64,000 bases of DNA, from NCBI GenBank assembly GCA_041659785.1, contig JBAZXO010000001.1, positions 177,649 to 241,648 on the forward strand. Direction: 5' to 3'. Below, piece after piece: positions 8,822-16,664 of this stretch (positions are counted from its first letter, which is position 1; every line of letters starts with the position of its first letter). This stretch comes from Minisyncoccota bacterium. GTDB taxonomy: Bacteria > Patescibacteriota > Minisyncoccia > Phycocordibacterales > UBA9973. The position numbers were made by a program, and so were the translations under genes. A model generated the notes under the pieces. The model did no database searches. It was given only the letters and a program-made list of their open reading frames with translations, and was not told the DNA's origin.

Positions 8822-10039
8822 ATGCAAAACCCATATCAAAACGCAATGGCACAGTTAGACAAGGTCGCTAAGGTCAAGAATTTAGGTGACGAATTTATTG
8901 CTCGCATGCGAGTACCTGACAGAGATGTCAGAATTTCAATCCCTGTAAAAATGGATGACGGAACACTTAAAATATTTGAAGGATACAGAGTAGAACACAA
9001 CAATGCCCTAGGACCCTACAAAGGAGGAATAAGATACCATCATGATACTGAAATAAATGAAGTGAAGGCACTCGCCTTCTGGATGGCAATAAAATGCGCT
9101 GTAGCTGGCATAGCAATGGGTGGAGGTAAGGGTGGCATAACCGTTGATCCGAAAAGTTTATCTAAAGGAGAACTCGAGAGACTTTCTCGTGGATGGGTAA
9201 AAAGATTAGCAGATATTTTAGGACCAAATAAAGATGTTCCCGCACCAGATGTAAATACAACTCCAGAAATAATGGACTGGATGGCTGATGAATTTGAAAA
9301 AATTACTGGTGACAAGACGAGAGCTACATTTACAGGAAAACCTCTCGGTAAAGGCGGATCAGAAGGTAGAGGTCCAGCTACAGGACTCGGTGGATTTTAT
9401 GTTTTTGATTCTCTTCGTGCACAACTAGGCTTACCAGAGAAATGTGAAGTTGTCGTGCAAGGCTTCGGAAATGTTGGACTAAATGCTGCACAGATCTTCA
9501 TCGAACATGGACACAAAGTTCTCGCAATTTCAGACTCAAAGGGTGGAGTTTATAATGCAAGTGGTCTCGACATAAATAAACTCGTTGAACATAAAAAGGC
9601 TAATGGTTCCCTTTCCGGTTTTGAAGGTAGTAAAAATGTCACAAACGAAGAACTTCTAGAAATACAATGCGATGTCTTAGTCCCTGCTGCTTTTGAAAAC
9701 CAAATAACTGATAAAAATGCAAAGAATATCAAAGCAAAGGTTGTCTTAGAGCTTGCAAATGGCCCGACAACACCAGAAGCTGATGAAATCTTATTTAGTA
9801 AGGGCATAGCTGTGATCCCAGACGTTTTAGCTAACTCTGGAGGAGTCACAGTTTCTTTCTTCGAATGGGAACAAAATTTAAAAAATGAACATTGGACTGA
9901 AAAAGAAGTATTCGACAAACTTCTCGTATTGATGAATGACGCTGCACAAAAAACATTCGCAAAAGCAAAAGAATCAAATACTCATCTTCGCATAGGAGCT
10001 TTTATTTTAGCTCTTGAAAGAATTAAAGCTAAGATGTAA
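8822..10039 (+). CDS. gdhA: Glu/Leu/Phe/Val dehydrogenase (glutamate dehydrogenase)
   Basis: GPYKGGIRY, GGGKGG, PAPDVNT, QGFGNVG, ELANGP motifs. Confidence 0.93.
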   Translation: MQNPYQNAMAQLDKVAKVKNLGDEFIARMRVPDRDVRISIPVKMDDGTLKIFEGYRVEHNNALGPYKGGIRYHHDTEINEVKALAFWMAIKCAVAGIAMGGGKGGITVDPKSLSKGELERLSRGWVKRLADILGPNKDVPAPDVNTTPEIMDWMADEFEKITGDKTRATFTGKPLGKGGSEGRGPATGLGGFYVFDSLRAQLGLPEKCEVVVQGFGNVGLNAAQIFIEHGHKVLAISDSKGGVYNASGLDINKLVEHKKANGSLSGFEGSKNVTNEELLEIQCDVLVPAAFENQITDKNAKNIKAKVVLELANGPTTPEADEILFSKGIAVIPDVLANSGGVTVSFFEWEQNLKNEHWTEKEVFDKLLVLMNDAAQKTFAKAKESNTHLRIGAFILALERIKAKM

Positions 10040-10045
10040 TATAAA

Positions 10046-10072
10046 ATTTACGAAGGACAGACCTTCGTAAAT
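10046..10072. repeat. REP-like palindrome TTTACGAAGG-N5-CCTTCGTAAA, copy 1
   Basis: Perfect 11-bp inverted repeat; near-identical inverted copy at 40159-40183. Confidence 0.8.
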
Positions 10073-10145
10073 GCGCGGTTAGCTGTTTTGGTGGATAACG
10101 TTATATTTAGATAGAAAGTCGATTGCATTATAAATAATGCAATTT

Positions 10146-10218
10146 GCGCGGTTAGCTCAGTTGGTAGAGCGTGTCTTTGACGTAGACAAGGTCACAGGTT
10201 CGATCCCTGTATCGCGCA
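10146..10218 (+). tRNA. tRNA-Val(GAC)
   Basis: GCGCGGT...ATCGCGC-A; TGTCT-TT-GAC-GT-AGACA; GGTTCGATCCC. Confidence 0.94.
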
Positions 10219-10230
10219 CATTAAATTTGC

Positions 10231-10268
10231 AAAAAAATAACCCGCACAAATTTCGTGCGGGCTTTTTT
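10231..10268. terminator. bidirectional terminator
   Basis: CCCGCAC...GTGCGGG flanked by A and T runs, between tRNA-Val and a convergent orphan gene. Confidence 0.7.
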
Positions 10269-10301
10269 GTTTGTGGAGTTCATATTCCGAACTCCGAGAT
10301 A

Positions 10302-10826
10302 TTATGACTTCAGGTCGTCCCCAAAATCATCAACTTCTTCTTCAATCTTGGGAGGAATCAGTTTTATATCCCATCCCTCATACCCAGTAGAAAGTATTAT
10401 GTGGACCTTCTCCTGACGAAGGGTGTGGGCTAAAATTGACCCTACGCCATTAAGAAACTCCTCAATGATGTGTCGAGATGCGGTCATGGGATTTACGTAA
10501 CCGCTATAGATTAACTGCGGTTCTCTTTCTGTGGACGCATCCCCACCAGATCCATCCATTTGAGCACTGAGATACGTCTTCGTTGTGAAGTGCCCGTCCA
10601 CGTAGAATTTGTTTTCCAGAACCGATTGCCGAAGGAAAGCTTCAATGAGCCCCATCGCCACTTCGGGATGATGCTCTTCGATCCTTTTGCCAATCCGACA
10701 CCGGACCATGCCGCATTGAACCGAAAATTTCCACACAACATTGCGTGAGCCTTGAGTGTACTCGAAGGCAGGATGTATTCTGCCCCTTGCTATGGCTTGA
10801 ATTTCTTTCTGATGCTCGGTGAGCAT
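10302..10826 (-). CDS. hypothetical (orphan) protein
   Basis: Within ORF 10302..10910; ATG at 10826 has a GAAAGGG SD; TTGACA-17-TATATT promoter at 10962-10934. Confidence 0.65.
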   Translation of the reverse strand: MLTEHQKEIQAIARGRIHPAFEYTQGSRNVVWKFSVQCGMVRCRIGKRIEEHHPEVAMGLIEAFLRQSVLENKFYVDGHFTTKTYLSAQMDGSGGDASTEREPQLIYSGYVNPMTASRHIIEEFLNGVGSILAHTLRQEKVHIILSTGYEGWDIKLIPPKIEEEVDDFGDDLKS

Positions 10827-11013
10827 GGTGTCCCTTTCATTGTGCGAGGCTGTGCTCGCGTAGGTTGGGGGTTGTGAGCGACTTCTAGGCCACTCGTTGG
10901 AATAAAACAAAGATCAAAATATCACCTTTAGATAATATAGCATTCTAAAACACTACTGTCAAGTTTTGATGCTTGGAAAATAAGGACTAATTTGATACAA
11001 TGGATAAACTTTT

Positions 11014-12159
11014 ATGAAACTTTTAAGCATAGAAACGTCTTGCGATGACACAGCAATAAGTATATTCGAAGTAAATGGAGGCATTCAAAATGCTTCTTTT
11101 AAGGTGCTCGCAAATAATTCAAATTCTCAGATAAACATACACATCCCCTATGGTGGCGTGTACCCAGCACTCGCAAAAAGAGAACATGAGAAAAATCTGC
11201 CAATTCTGCTTGAAGCAAGCTTGCTACAGGCTAAACTTAAAAAAGGTCGAACCTTTTTGAATTCCCAAGGTCCGACCTTGAATCCGGGCATAGATGCCAT
11301 CGCTGTGACTTATGGACCAGGTTTAGAAATGTCTCTTTGGACAGGACTCACTTTTGCAAAAGATTTAGCCAAGAAATGGAAAGTGCCTTTAATTCCCACG
11401 AACCACATGGAGGGTCATGTACTTTCAATTTTTGGAAAAGATAAAGGAAAATTTAAAATATCAAAATTAAAATTGCCCATGCTTACCCTCTTGGTATCTG
11501 GAGGGCATTCACAGCTCGTACTAACAAAAAAATGGATGCAATATGAAATAATCGGAGAATCATTGGATGATGCAGTCGGCGAAGCTTTCGATAAGGTCGC
11601 CAGAATGCTCGACCTCCCCTACCCAGGTGGCCCACAGATCTCAAAACTTGCAGAATCTTCCCGTACACCAGGTGTCCGGGAAAACAAAATAAAGCTTCCT
11701 CGCCCAATGTTGAAATCTAAGGATTTTAATTTCTCTTTTTCTGGACTTAAAACAGCTGTACTTTATTTAATACGAGACTTAGGTGGCATAGAAAAGTTAA
11801 GTGAGAAAACAAAAAGTGAAATAGCTATGGAATTTGAAAATGCTGCTATCGAATGCCTAGTTTATAAAACAGCTAAAGCAATCGAAACGTATAAAATCAA
11901 AACTCTAATCGTAGCTGGAGGAGTAGCTGCAAATAAACATTTAAGAAATGAAATAAAAAAAGTTACCACCGCCAAGGCGGGGCAAGCCGGTAAAAAAGTA
12001 AAACTTCTATTGCCTCTAAATGAACTGAACGGAGACAACTCTCTAATGATTGGCATAGCTGGTTACTTGAATTACATAAAAAATAAAAAGAAAGTCCCTA
12101 AACTAGATAGCATAAAAGCGACTGGTAATTTAAGGCTCGGAGAGTCGCCAAAACAATAG
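11014..12159 (+). CDS. tsaD: tRNA N6-adenosine threonylcarbamoyltransferase TsaD
   Basis: IETSCDDT, NHMEGH, VSGGHS, DDAVGEAFDK, FSFSGLKT, GGVAAN. Confidence 0.96.
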   Translation: MKLLSIETSCDDTAISIFEVNGGIQNASFKVLANNSNSQINIHIPYGGVYPALAKREHEKNLPILLEASLLQAKLKKGRTFLNSQGPTLNPGIDAIAVTYGPGLEMSLWTGLTFAKDLAKKWKVPLIPTNHMEGHVLSIFGKDKGKFKISKLKLPMLTLLVSGGHSQLVLTKKWMQYEIIGESLDDAVGEAFDKVARMLDLPYPGGPQISKLAESSRTPGVRENKIKLPRPMLKSKDFNFSFSGLKTAVLYLIRDLGGIEKLSEKTKSEIAMEFENAAIECLVYKTAKAIETYKIKTLIVAGGVAANKHLRNEIKKVTTAKAGQAGKKVKLLLPLNELNGDNSLMIGIAGYLNYIKNKKKVPKLDSIKATGNLRLGESPKQ

Positions 12160-12172
12160 CGGGTATGATATT

Positions 12173-14320
12173 ATGTCTTATATGAACGAAAAGCTGCTCA
12201 AGCCCTACGACCCTAAAAATACTGAGGAAAGAATCTACAAACTTTGGGAAGAAAGCGGTTTTTTTAATCCCGACAACTTACCTGACGACAGAAAAGAAGC
12301 GTTTACCATAATAATGCCACCAGCAAATGCTAATGGATCACTTCATGCAGGACATGGTTTAGTCATGACTATTGAAGACATCATTGTTCGATATAAAAGA
12401 ATGCAGGGTTTTAAAACACTTTGGCTTCCAGGACTCGACCATGCTGGCTTTGAAACACAAGTAGTTTACGAAAAACAATTAGAAAAAGAAGGACGAACAA
12501 GGTTCGGGATGGATCCAGAATTATTGTATAAAGAAATTTTAAATTTCACTCTTACTAATTCGGTAAATATAAAATCTCAAATAAAACAAATGGGAGCATC
12601 GTGTGACTGGTCACGCGAGAAATTTACCCTAGACGATGATGTAGTAAAAATTGTTTATCAAACATTCAAAAGAATGTATGCAGATGATTTAATATATAGA
12701 GGAAATAGAATTGTTTCTTGGTGTTCAAAACATCAGACTTCTTTTTCTGATTTGGAAATTAAAGATGAAGAACGTATAGATAGTTTATATTATTTAAAAT
12801 ATGGGCCATTCGTTATAGCCACCTCAAGACCAGAAACGAAATTCGGTGACAAATATGTGGTAATGCACCCTGACGATAAAAGATATTTGGAATACAAAGA
12901 TGGTCAAAAAATCGACTTGGAATGGATTAACGGCCCCATAACAGCAACTGTGATAAAAGACGACGCTATTGATATGGAATTCGGAACAGGTGTAATGACC
13001 ATCACTCCTTGGCATGACAATACTGATTTTGAAATTGCAGAAAGGCATAAACTAGACAAAGAACAAATAATAGATGAATTTGGTAAATTGCTTCCAGTTG
13101 CTGGAGAATTTGCTGGACAACATATAAAAAAAGCAAGAGCACTTATAATTGAAAAACTTCAAACAAAAGGATTAGTAGAAAAAATAGAAGAAAACTATAA
13201 ACACGTAGTTAGAACATGCTATAAATGTGGAACTGTAATTGAACCACAAATAAAAAGTCAGTGGTTCGTAAGGATGAAACCATTAGCCGAGAAAGCATTA
13301 GAAAAAATAAATAGCGAAGAAATAAAATATATTCCTGAACATTATAAGAAAATAACAACTTACTGGTTAGAAAATATTATGGATTGGAACATTTCTAGAC
13401 AAATCGTCTGGGGTATTCCTATACCAGCAAAAATCTGCACTAAATGCGGACATGGAATGGTGGATCTTGAAAATAAAATAACAAAATGTACTTCTTGCTC
13501 CGGTGAGGTAATAAAAGATAATGATACTTTTGATACTTGGTTCTCATCTGGACAATGGCCTTATGTAGTACTCGGATATCCTGACAAAAAAGATTTTAAA
13601 ACTTTCTATCCTACTAATGTGATGGAAACTGCCGGAGATCTTGTATTCTTCTGGGTTGCTCGAATGATAATGCTCGGACTTTACGTCACAGGTGAAATTC
13701 CATTTAAAACTATATATATGCACGGAATGGTACTCGATGCCAAGGGACAAAAAATGAGCAAGAGTAAAGGAAATGTGATAAACCCACTAACCCTGACAGA
13801 AAAATATGGCACTGATGCATTTCGAATAGGTATGGTTGTCGGTAACACTCCTGGAACATCTCTTTCTCTCTCTGAGGATAAAATACGAGGTTACAAAAAC
13901 TTCGCAAATAAAATCTGGAATGCGACACGCTTTGTATTAGACAATACGAAAAATTTTATTATTCCCGAAATACCAGAATATGATGAAGAAGATAAAAAGT
14001 CAGATGAAGAGTTAAAAGCTCTGATGCAAGAAATAACAAAAGAGATGGATGAATACAAATTCTACATCGTAGCAGAAAAACTTTACCATTATTTCTGGCA
14101 TACTTTCGCTGATATCATTATTGAACGATCAAAAAAGAAGATTTCAGAAAATAAAAACGCCGACTCTGCAAAAGCTCTACTATATACACAACTCACTACC
14201 CTGCTAAAAGCTCTTCATCCATTTATTCCATTCGTTACAGAAGAAATTTGGTCGATGTTACCTAAAGAAAACAACCAGCAAAATAAAAATCTTTTAATAA
14301 TAGAAAAATGGCCTCAGTAA
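12173..14320 (+). CDS. valS: valine--tRNA ligase (short form)
   Basis: PPANANGSLHAGH (HIGH), DWNISRQ, DTWFSS, KMSKS. Confidence 0.95.
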   Translation: MSYMNEKLLKPYDPKNTEERIYKLWEESGFFNPDNLPDDRKEAFTIIMPPANANGSLHAGHGLVMTIEDIIVRYKRMQGFKTLWLPGLDHAGFETQVVYEKQLEKEGRTRFGMDPELLYKEILNFTLTNSVNIKSQIKQMGASCDWSREKFTLDDDVVKIVYQTFKRMYADDLIYRGNRIVSWCSKHQTSFSDLEIKDEERIDSLYYLKYGPFVIATSRPETKFGDKYVVMHPDDKRYLEYKDGQKIDLEWINGPITATVIKDDAIDMEFGTGVMTITPWHDNTDFEIAERHKLDKEQIIDEFGKLLPVAGEFAGQHIKKARALIIEKLQTKGLVEKIEENYKHVVRTCYKCGTVIEPQIKSQWFVRMKPLAEKALEKINSEEIKYIPEHYKKITTYWLENIMDWNISRQIVWGIPIPAKICTKCGHGMVDLENKITKCTSCSGEVIKDNDTFDTWFSSGQWPYVVLGYPDKKDFKTFYPTNVMETAGDLVFFWVARMIMLGLYVTGEIPFKTIYMHGMVLDAKGQKMSKSKGNVINPLTLTEKYGTDAFRIGMVVGNTPGTSLSLSEDKIRGYKNFANKIWNATRFVLDNTKNFIIPEIPEYDEEDKKSDEELKALMQEITKEMDEYKFYIVAEKLYHYFWHTFADIIIERSKKKISENKNADSAKALLYTQLTTLLKALHPFIPFVTEEIWSMLPKENNQQNKNLLIIEKWPQ

Positions 14321-15009
14321 TAAATGATCCGAAAATTTTAATCATGGCATTCTTGGGAGGAATTATTCCTTCCCTTTTGTGGCTGTGGTTTTGGCTTAAG
14401 GAAGATGAAGAACATCCAGAACCCAAAGGAATGCTCGCTATTGTGTTTATCATGGGAATGATCTCAGTCATAGCAGTTTTACCAATTCAAAAATTTATTC
14501 AAGATCATGTAAGCTCATATGAGGGCCAGCTTGTATTGTGGGCTAGTGCAGAAGAGATATTGAAATATATTGCGGTTTTAGCAATCTTATATGATACGAA
14601 CAATGCCGATGAACCAATAGATTGGCCTATATACATGATCACTGTGGCTTTAGGCTTTGCTGCTCTTGAGAATATGCTATTTTTACTTAAAATTTTTCCT
14701 TTATCAATAGGTACAACCCTAAGCCTAAGCACGGGCAACCTCCGGTTCCTCGGGGCAAACCTATTACACGCTATTTCAAGTGCAATAATAGGAATCTCAA
14801 TAGGAATTTCCTTCTACTTGCAGGAATGGAAAAGAAATATTTTTCTTGTATTTGGGTTTATTGTTGCCATTGCCTTGCATAGTGCCTTTAATTTTTTTAT
14901 AATAAGGAATAATGGAAATGATTTTTTGCAAGTGTTAGCATTTTTGTGGGTCGTCACAATTATAATCATGTTACTTTTTGAAAAAATTAGAAGAATGAGC
15001 GGAGAATAA
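14308..15009 (+). CDS. prsW: PrsW family intramembrane metalloprotease
   Basis: PEP, EEILK, GFAALEN, LLHA, LHSAFN motifs; multiple TM segments. Confidence 0.88.
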   Translation: MASVINDPKILIMAFLGGIIPSLLWLWFWLKEDEEHPEPKGMLAIVFIMGMISVIAVLPIQKFIQDHVSSYEGQLVLWASAEEILKYIAVLAILYDTNNADEPIDWPIYMITVALGFAALENMLFLLKIFPLSIGTTLSLSTGNLRFLGANLLHAISSAIIGISIGISFYLQEWKRNIFLVFGFIVAIALHSAFNFFIIRNNGNDFLQVLAFLWVVTIIIMLLFEKIRRMSGE

Positions 15010-15051
15010 TTAATAGCCTAAAACCCCAAAGCAATACTTAGGGAAAATATT

Positions 15052-15519
15052 ATGGAAAATAAAAAAAGAAGTTTTTTTGAAAGATTGACTGGTAGTGTTT
15101 CTTCAGAAGAAGAAAACCCTAAAAAGGATTATCCCGGAAAAGGTAATAATGGTGATAAGAAAAATAATTGGATAGAAGAAGAGAACGAAGAAGCAGAATT
15201 GTCCGTTGACCTATATCAAACACCAACTGATATTATCGTGCAGACAATGGTGGCTGGAGTTAAACCAGAAGATCTAGAGCTCTCAATCGCCCGAGACATC
15301 ATAACTATCCGTGGTAAAAGAGAAGAAAATAGAACAATAGATGAAGATAACTATTTTACTAAAGAACTTTATTGGGGTAAGTTTTCCCGTACTATTTCCC
15401 TCCCCGCCGAAGTAGAACCCGAAGAAGTCGAAGCTACAGAGAGACACGGCCTCGTCACTATCAAAATCAAAAAAGTAGATAAAGAAAAGAAAAATACTGT
15501 TAAAGTAAAATCTATCTAA
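15052..15519 (+). CDS. Hsp20/alpha-crystallin small heat-shock protein
   Basis: VDLYQT, WGKFSRTISLP, GLVTIKIKK. Confidence 0.9.
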   Translation: MENKKRSFFERLTGSVSSEEENPKKDYPGKGNNGDKKNNWIEEENEEAELSVDLYQTPTDIIVQTMVAGVKPEDLELSIARDIITIRGKREENRTIDEDNYFTKELYWGKFSRTISLPAEVEPEEVEATERHGLVTIKIKKVDKEKKNTVKVKSI

Positions 15520-15524
15520 ATACA

Positions 15525-15572
15525 ACACAAAACAAAATCCGTCGCTCAGAAGCGACGGATTTTGTTTTGTGT
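15525..15572. terminator. 22-bp perfect inverted repeat, bidirectional terminator
   Basis: ACACAAAACAAAATCCGTCGCT-caga-AGCGACGGATTTTGTTTTGTGT between hsp20 and convergent tRNA-Phe. Confidence 0.75.
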
Positions 15573-15643
15573 GCCTGGGGGCAGAATCGCACTGCCGACC
15601 TATCCCTCTTCAGGGGAGAGCTCTACTACTGAGCTACCCAGGC
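15572..15643 (-). tRNA. tRNA-Phe(GAA)
   Basis: GCCTGGG...CCCAGGC-A; TCCC-CT-GAA-GA-GGGA; T-loop TGCGATT. Confidence 0.9.
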
Positions 15644-15654
15644 ATATTTTATTT

Positions 15655-15927
15655 TTAAATTCCTATTTTCTTTAAAAGGTCTTGAACAGGGGTATCATTT
15701 AATTTCTGTTGAGTGCCAGAAATTGAATCCCATAAACTTATCGCCTTGTTCATATAAGGCTCTAGAAAATAAAAAGACCCTAATGCAATACCAATTACTA
15801 TAAGAACCTTAAGGCCGGACCAGAAGGTTGCCCATTTTTGGACATTTCTGATTTTGTGGAGCATCTTATTATTCTCCTCTGCAAGGGCATATGTATCCTC
15901 TAATAATTTTTTGGATTCAGGATCCAT
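15655..15927 (-). CDS. hypothetical single-TM membrane protein
   Basis: 90-aa ORF, EENNKML helix followed by a hydrophobic segment. Confidence 0.75.
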   Translation of the reverse strand: MDPESKKLLEDTYALAEENNKMLHKIRNVQKWATFWSGLKVLIVIGIALGSFYFLEPYMNKAISLWDSISGTQQKLNDTPVQDLLKKIGI

Positions 15928-16000
15928 ATTTATAATTTAGCATAAAACATAAAAAAAACCAATTCCAAATTGGTTTTTTTTATGTTAGATTGTAGCTATA

Positions 16001-16072
16001 GCCCTCGTAGTTCAATGGATAGAACGAATTCGTCCTAAGAATGAAATGTAGGTTCGATTCCTGCCGAGGGCA
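16001..16072 (+). tRNA. tRNA-Arg(CCT)
   Basis: GCCCTCG...CGAGGGC-A; ATTC-GT-CCT-AA-GAAT; GGTTCGATTCC. Confidence 0.9.
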
Positions 16073-16212
16073 CACAAACTGAGAATAAAAACATGCATTT
16101 CTGCATGTTTTTATGTTTGTGTGCCGACCACAGTGATGTTTTGCGAGCACGCAAAACCACGAGGGGCGGGCTGCGAAAATTTCGAGCGACGGCGAGAAAT
16201 TATTTGTAGCCA
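16073..16212. repeat. multi-hairpin structured element 3' of tRNA-Arg
   Basis: Four nested or adjacent inverted repeats (see findings). Confidence 0.55.
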
Positions 16213-16219
16213 CACAATC

Positions 16220-16453
16220 CTACAAACCTAGAAGCTTTGCTATCTTTGGTTTATCGAAGCCGACAGTGAGTTCGTTCCCTATTATGATTACAGGCACGCC
16301 CATTTGTCCGCTTTTTTCCATCATTTCTTTTCTTTTTTCAAGATCAGTCGCTACATTGTAGTCTGTATAGACGATACTATTAGCAGTAAAGAAATCTTTC
16401 GCCATGTGGCAGAAATGACAAGTTGGGGTTGAATAAATAGTTACATTTTGCAT
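16220..16453 (-). CDS. glutaredoxin / NrdH-redoxin
   Basis: YSTPTCHFC, GQMGVPVI, VGFD. Confidence 0.92.
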   Translation of the reverse strand: MQNVTIYSTPTCHFCHMAKDFFTANSIVYTDYNVATDLEKRKEMMEKSGQMGVPVIIIGNELTVGFDKPKIAKLLGL

Positions 16454-16511
16454 ATTCTTTATAAATTATCTTTTAATATTCTAATTATAGCATACGTGTC
16501 AAGTTAACTAG

Positions 16512-16582
16512 TGCGGGATGCGGGAATCGAACCCGCGTTTAATCCTTGGGAAGGACTCGTCATACCACTAAACTAATCCCGC
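16512..16582 (-). tRNA. tRNA-Gly(CCC)
   Basis: GCGGGAT...ATCCCGC-A; GTCC-TT-CCC-AA-GGAT; GGTTCGATTCC. Confidence 0.93.
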
Positions 16583-16625
16583 AACATGTATTTCTAAACT
16601 ATTTTTGTAGACTTAGAAATACTCG

Positions 16626-16649
16626 CATACCACTAAACTAATCCCGCAA
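16626..16649 (-). repeat. exact 24-bp duplicate of the tRNA-Gly 5' end
   Basis: CATACCACTAAACTAATCCCGCAA at 16561-16584 and 16626-16649. Confidence 0.85.
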
Positions 16650-16664
16650 ATACATAGGAAGAAC

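Noticed and set aside
15980-16213. 77-aa minus-strand ORF
   Set aside because: Antisense to tRNA-Arg and its structured downstream element
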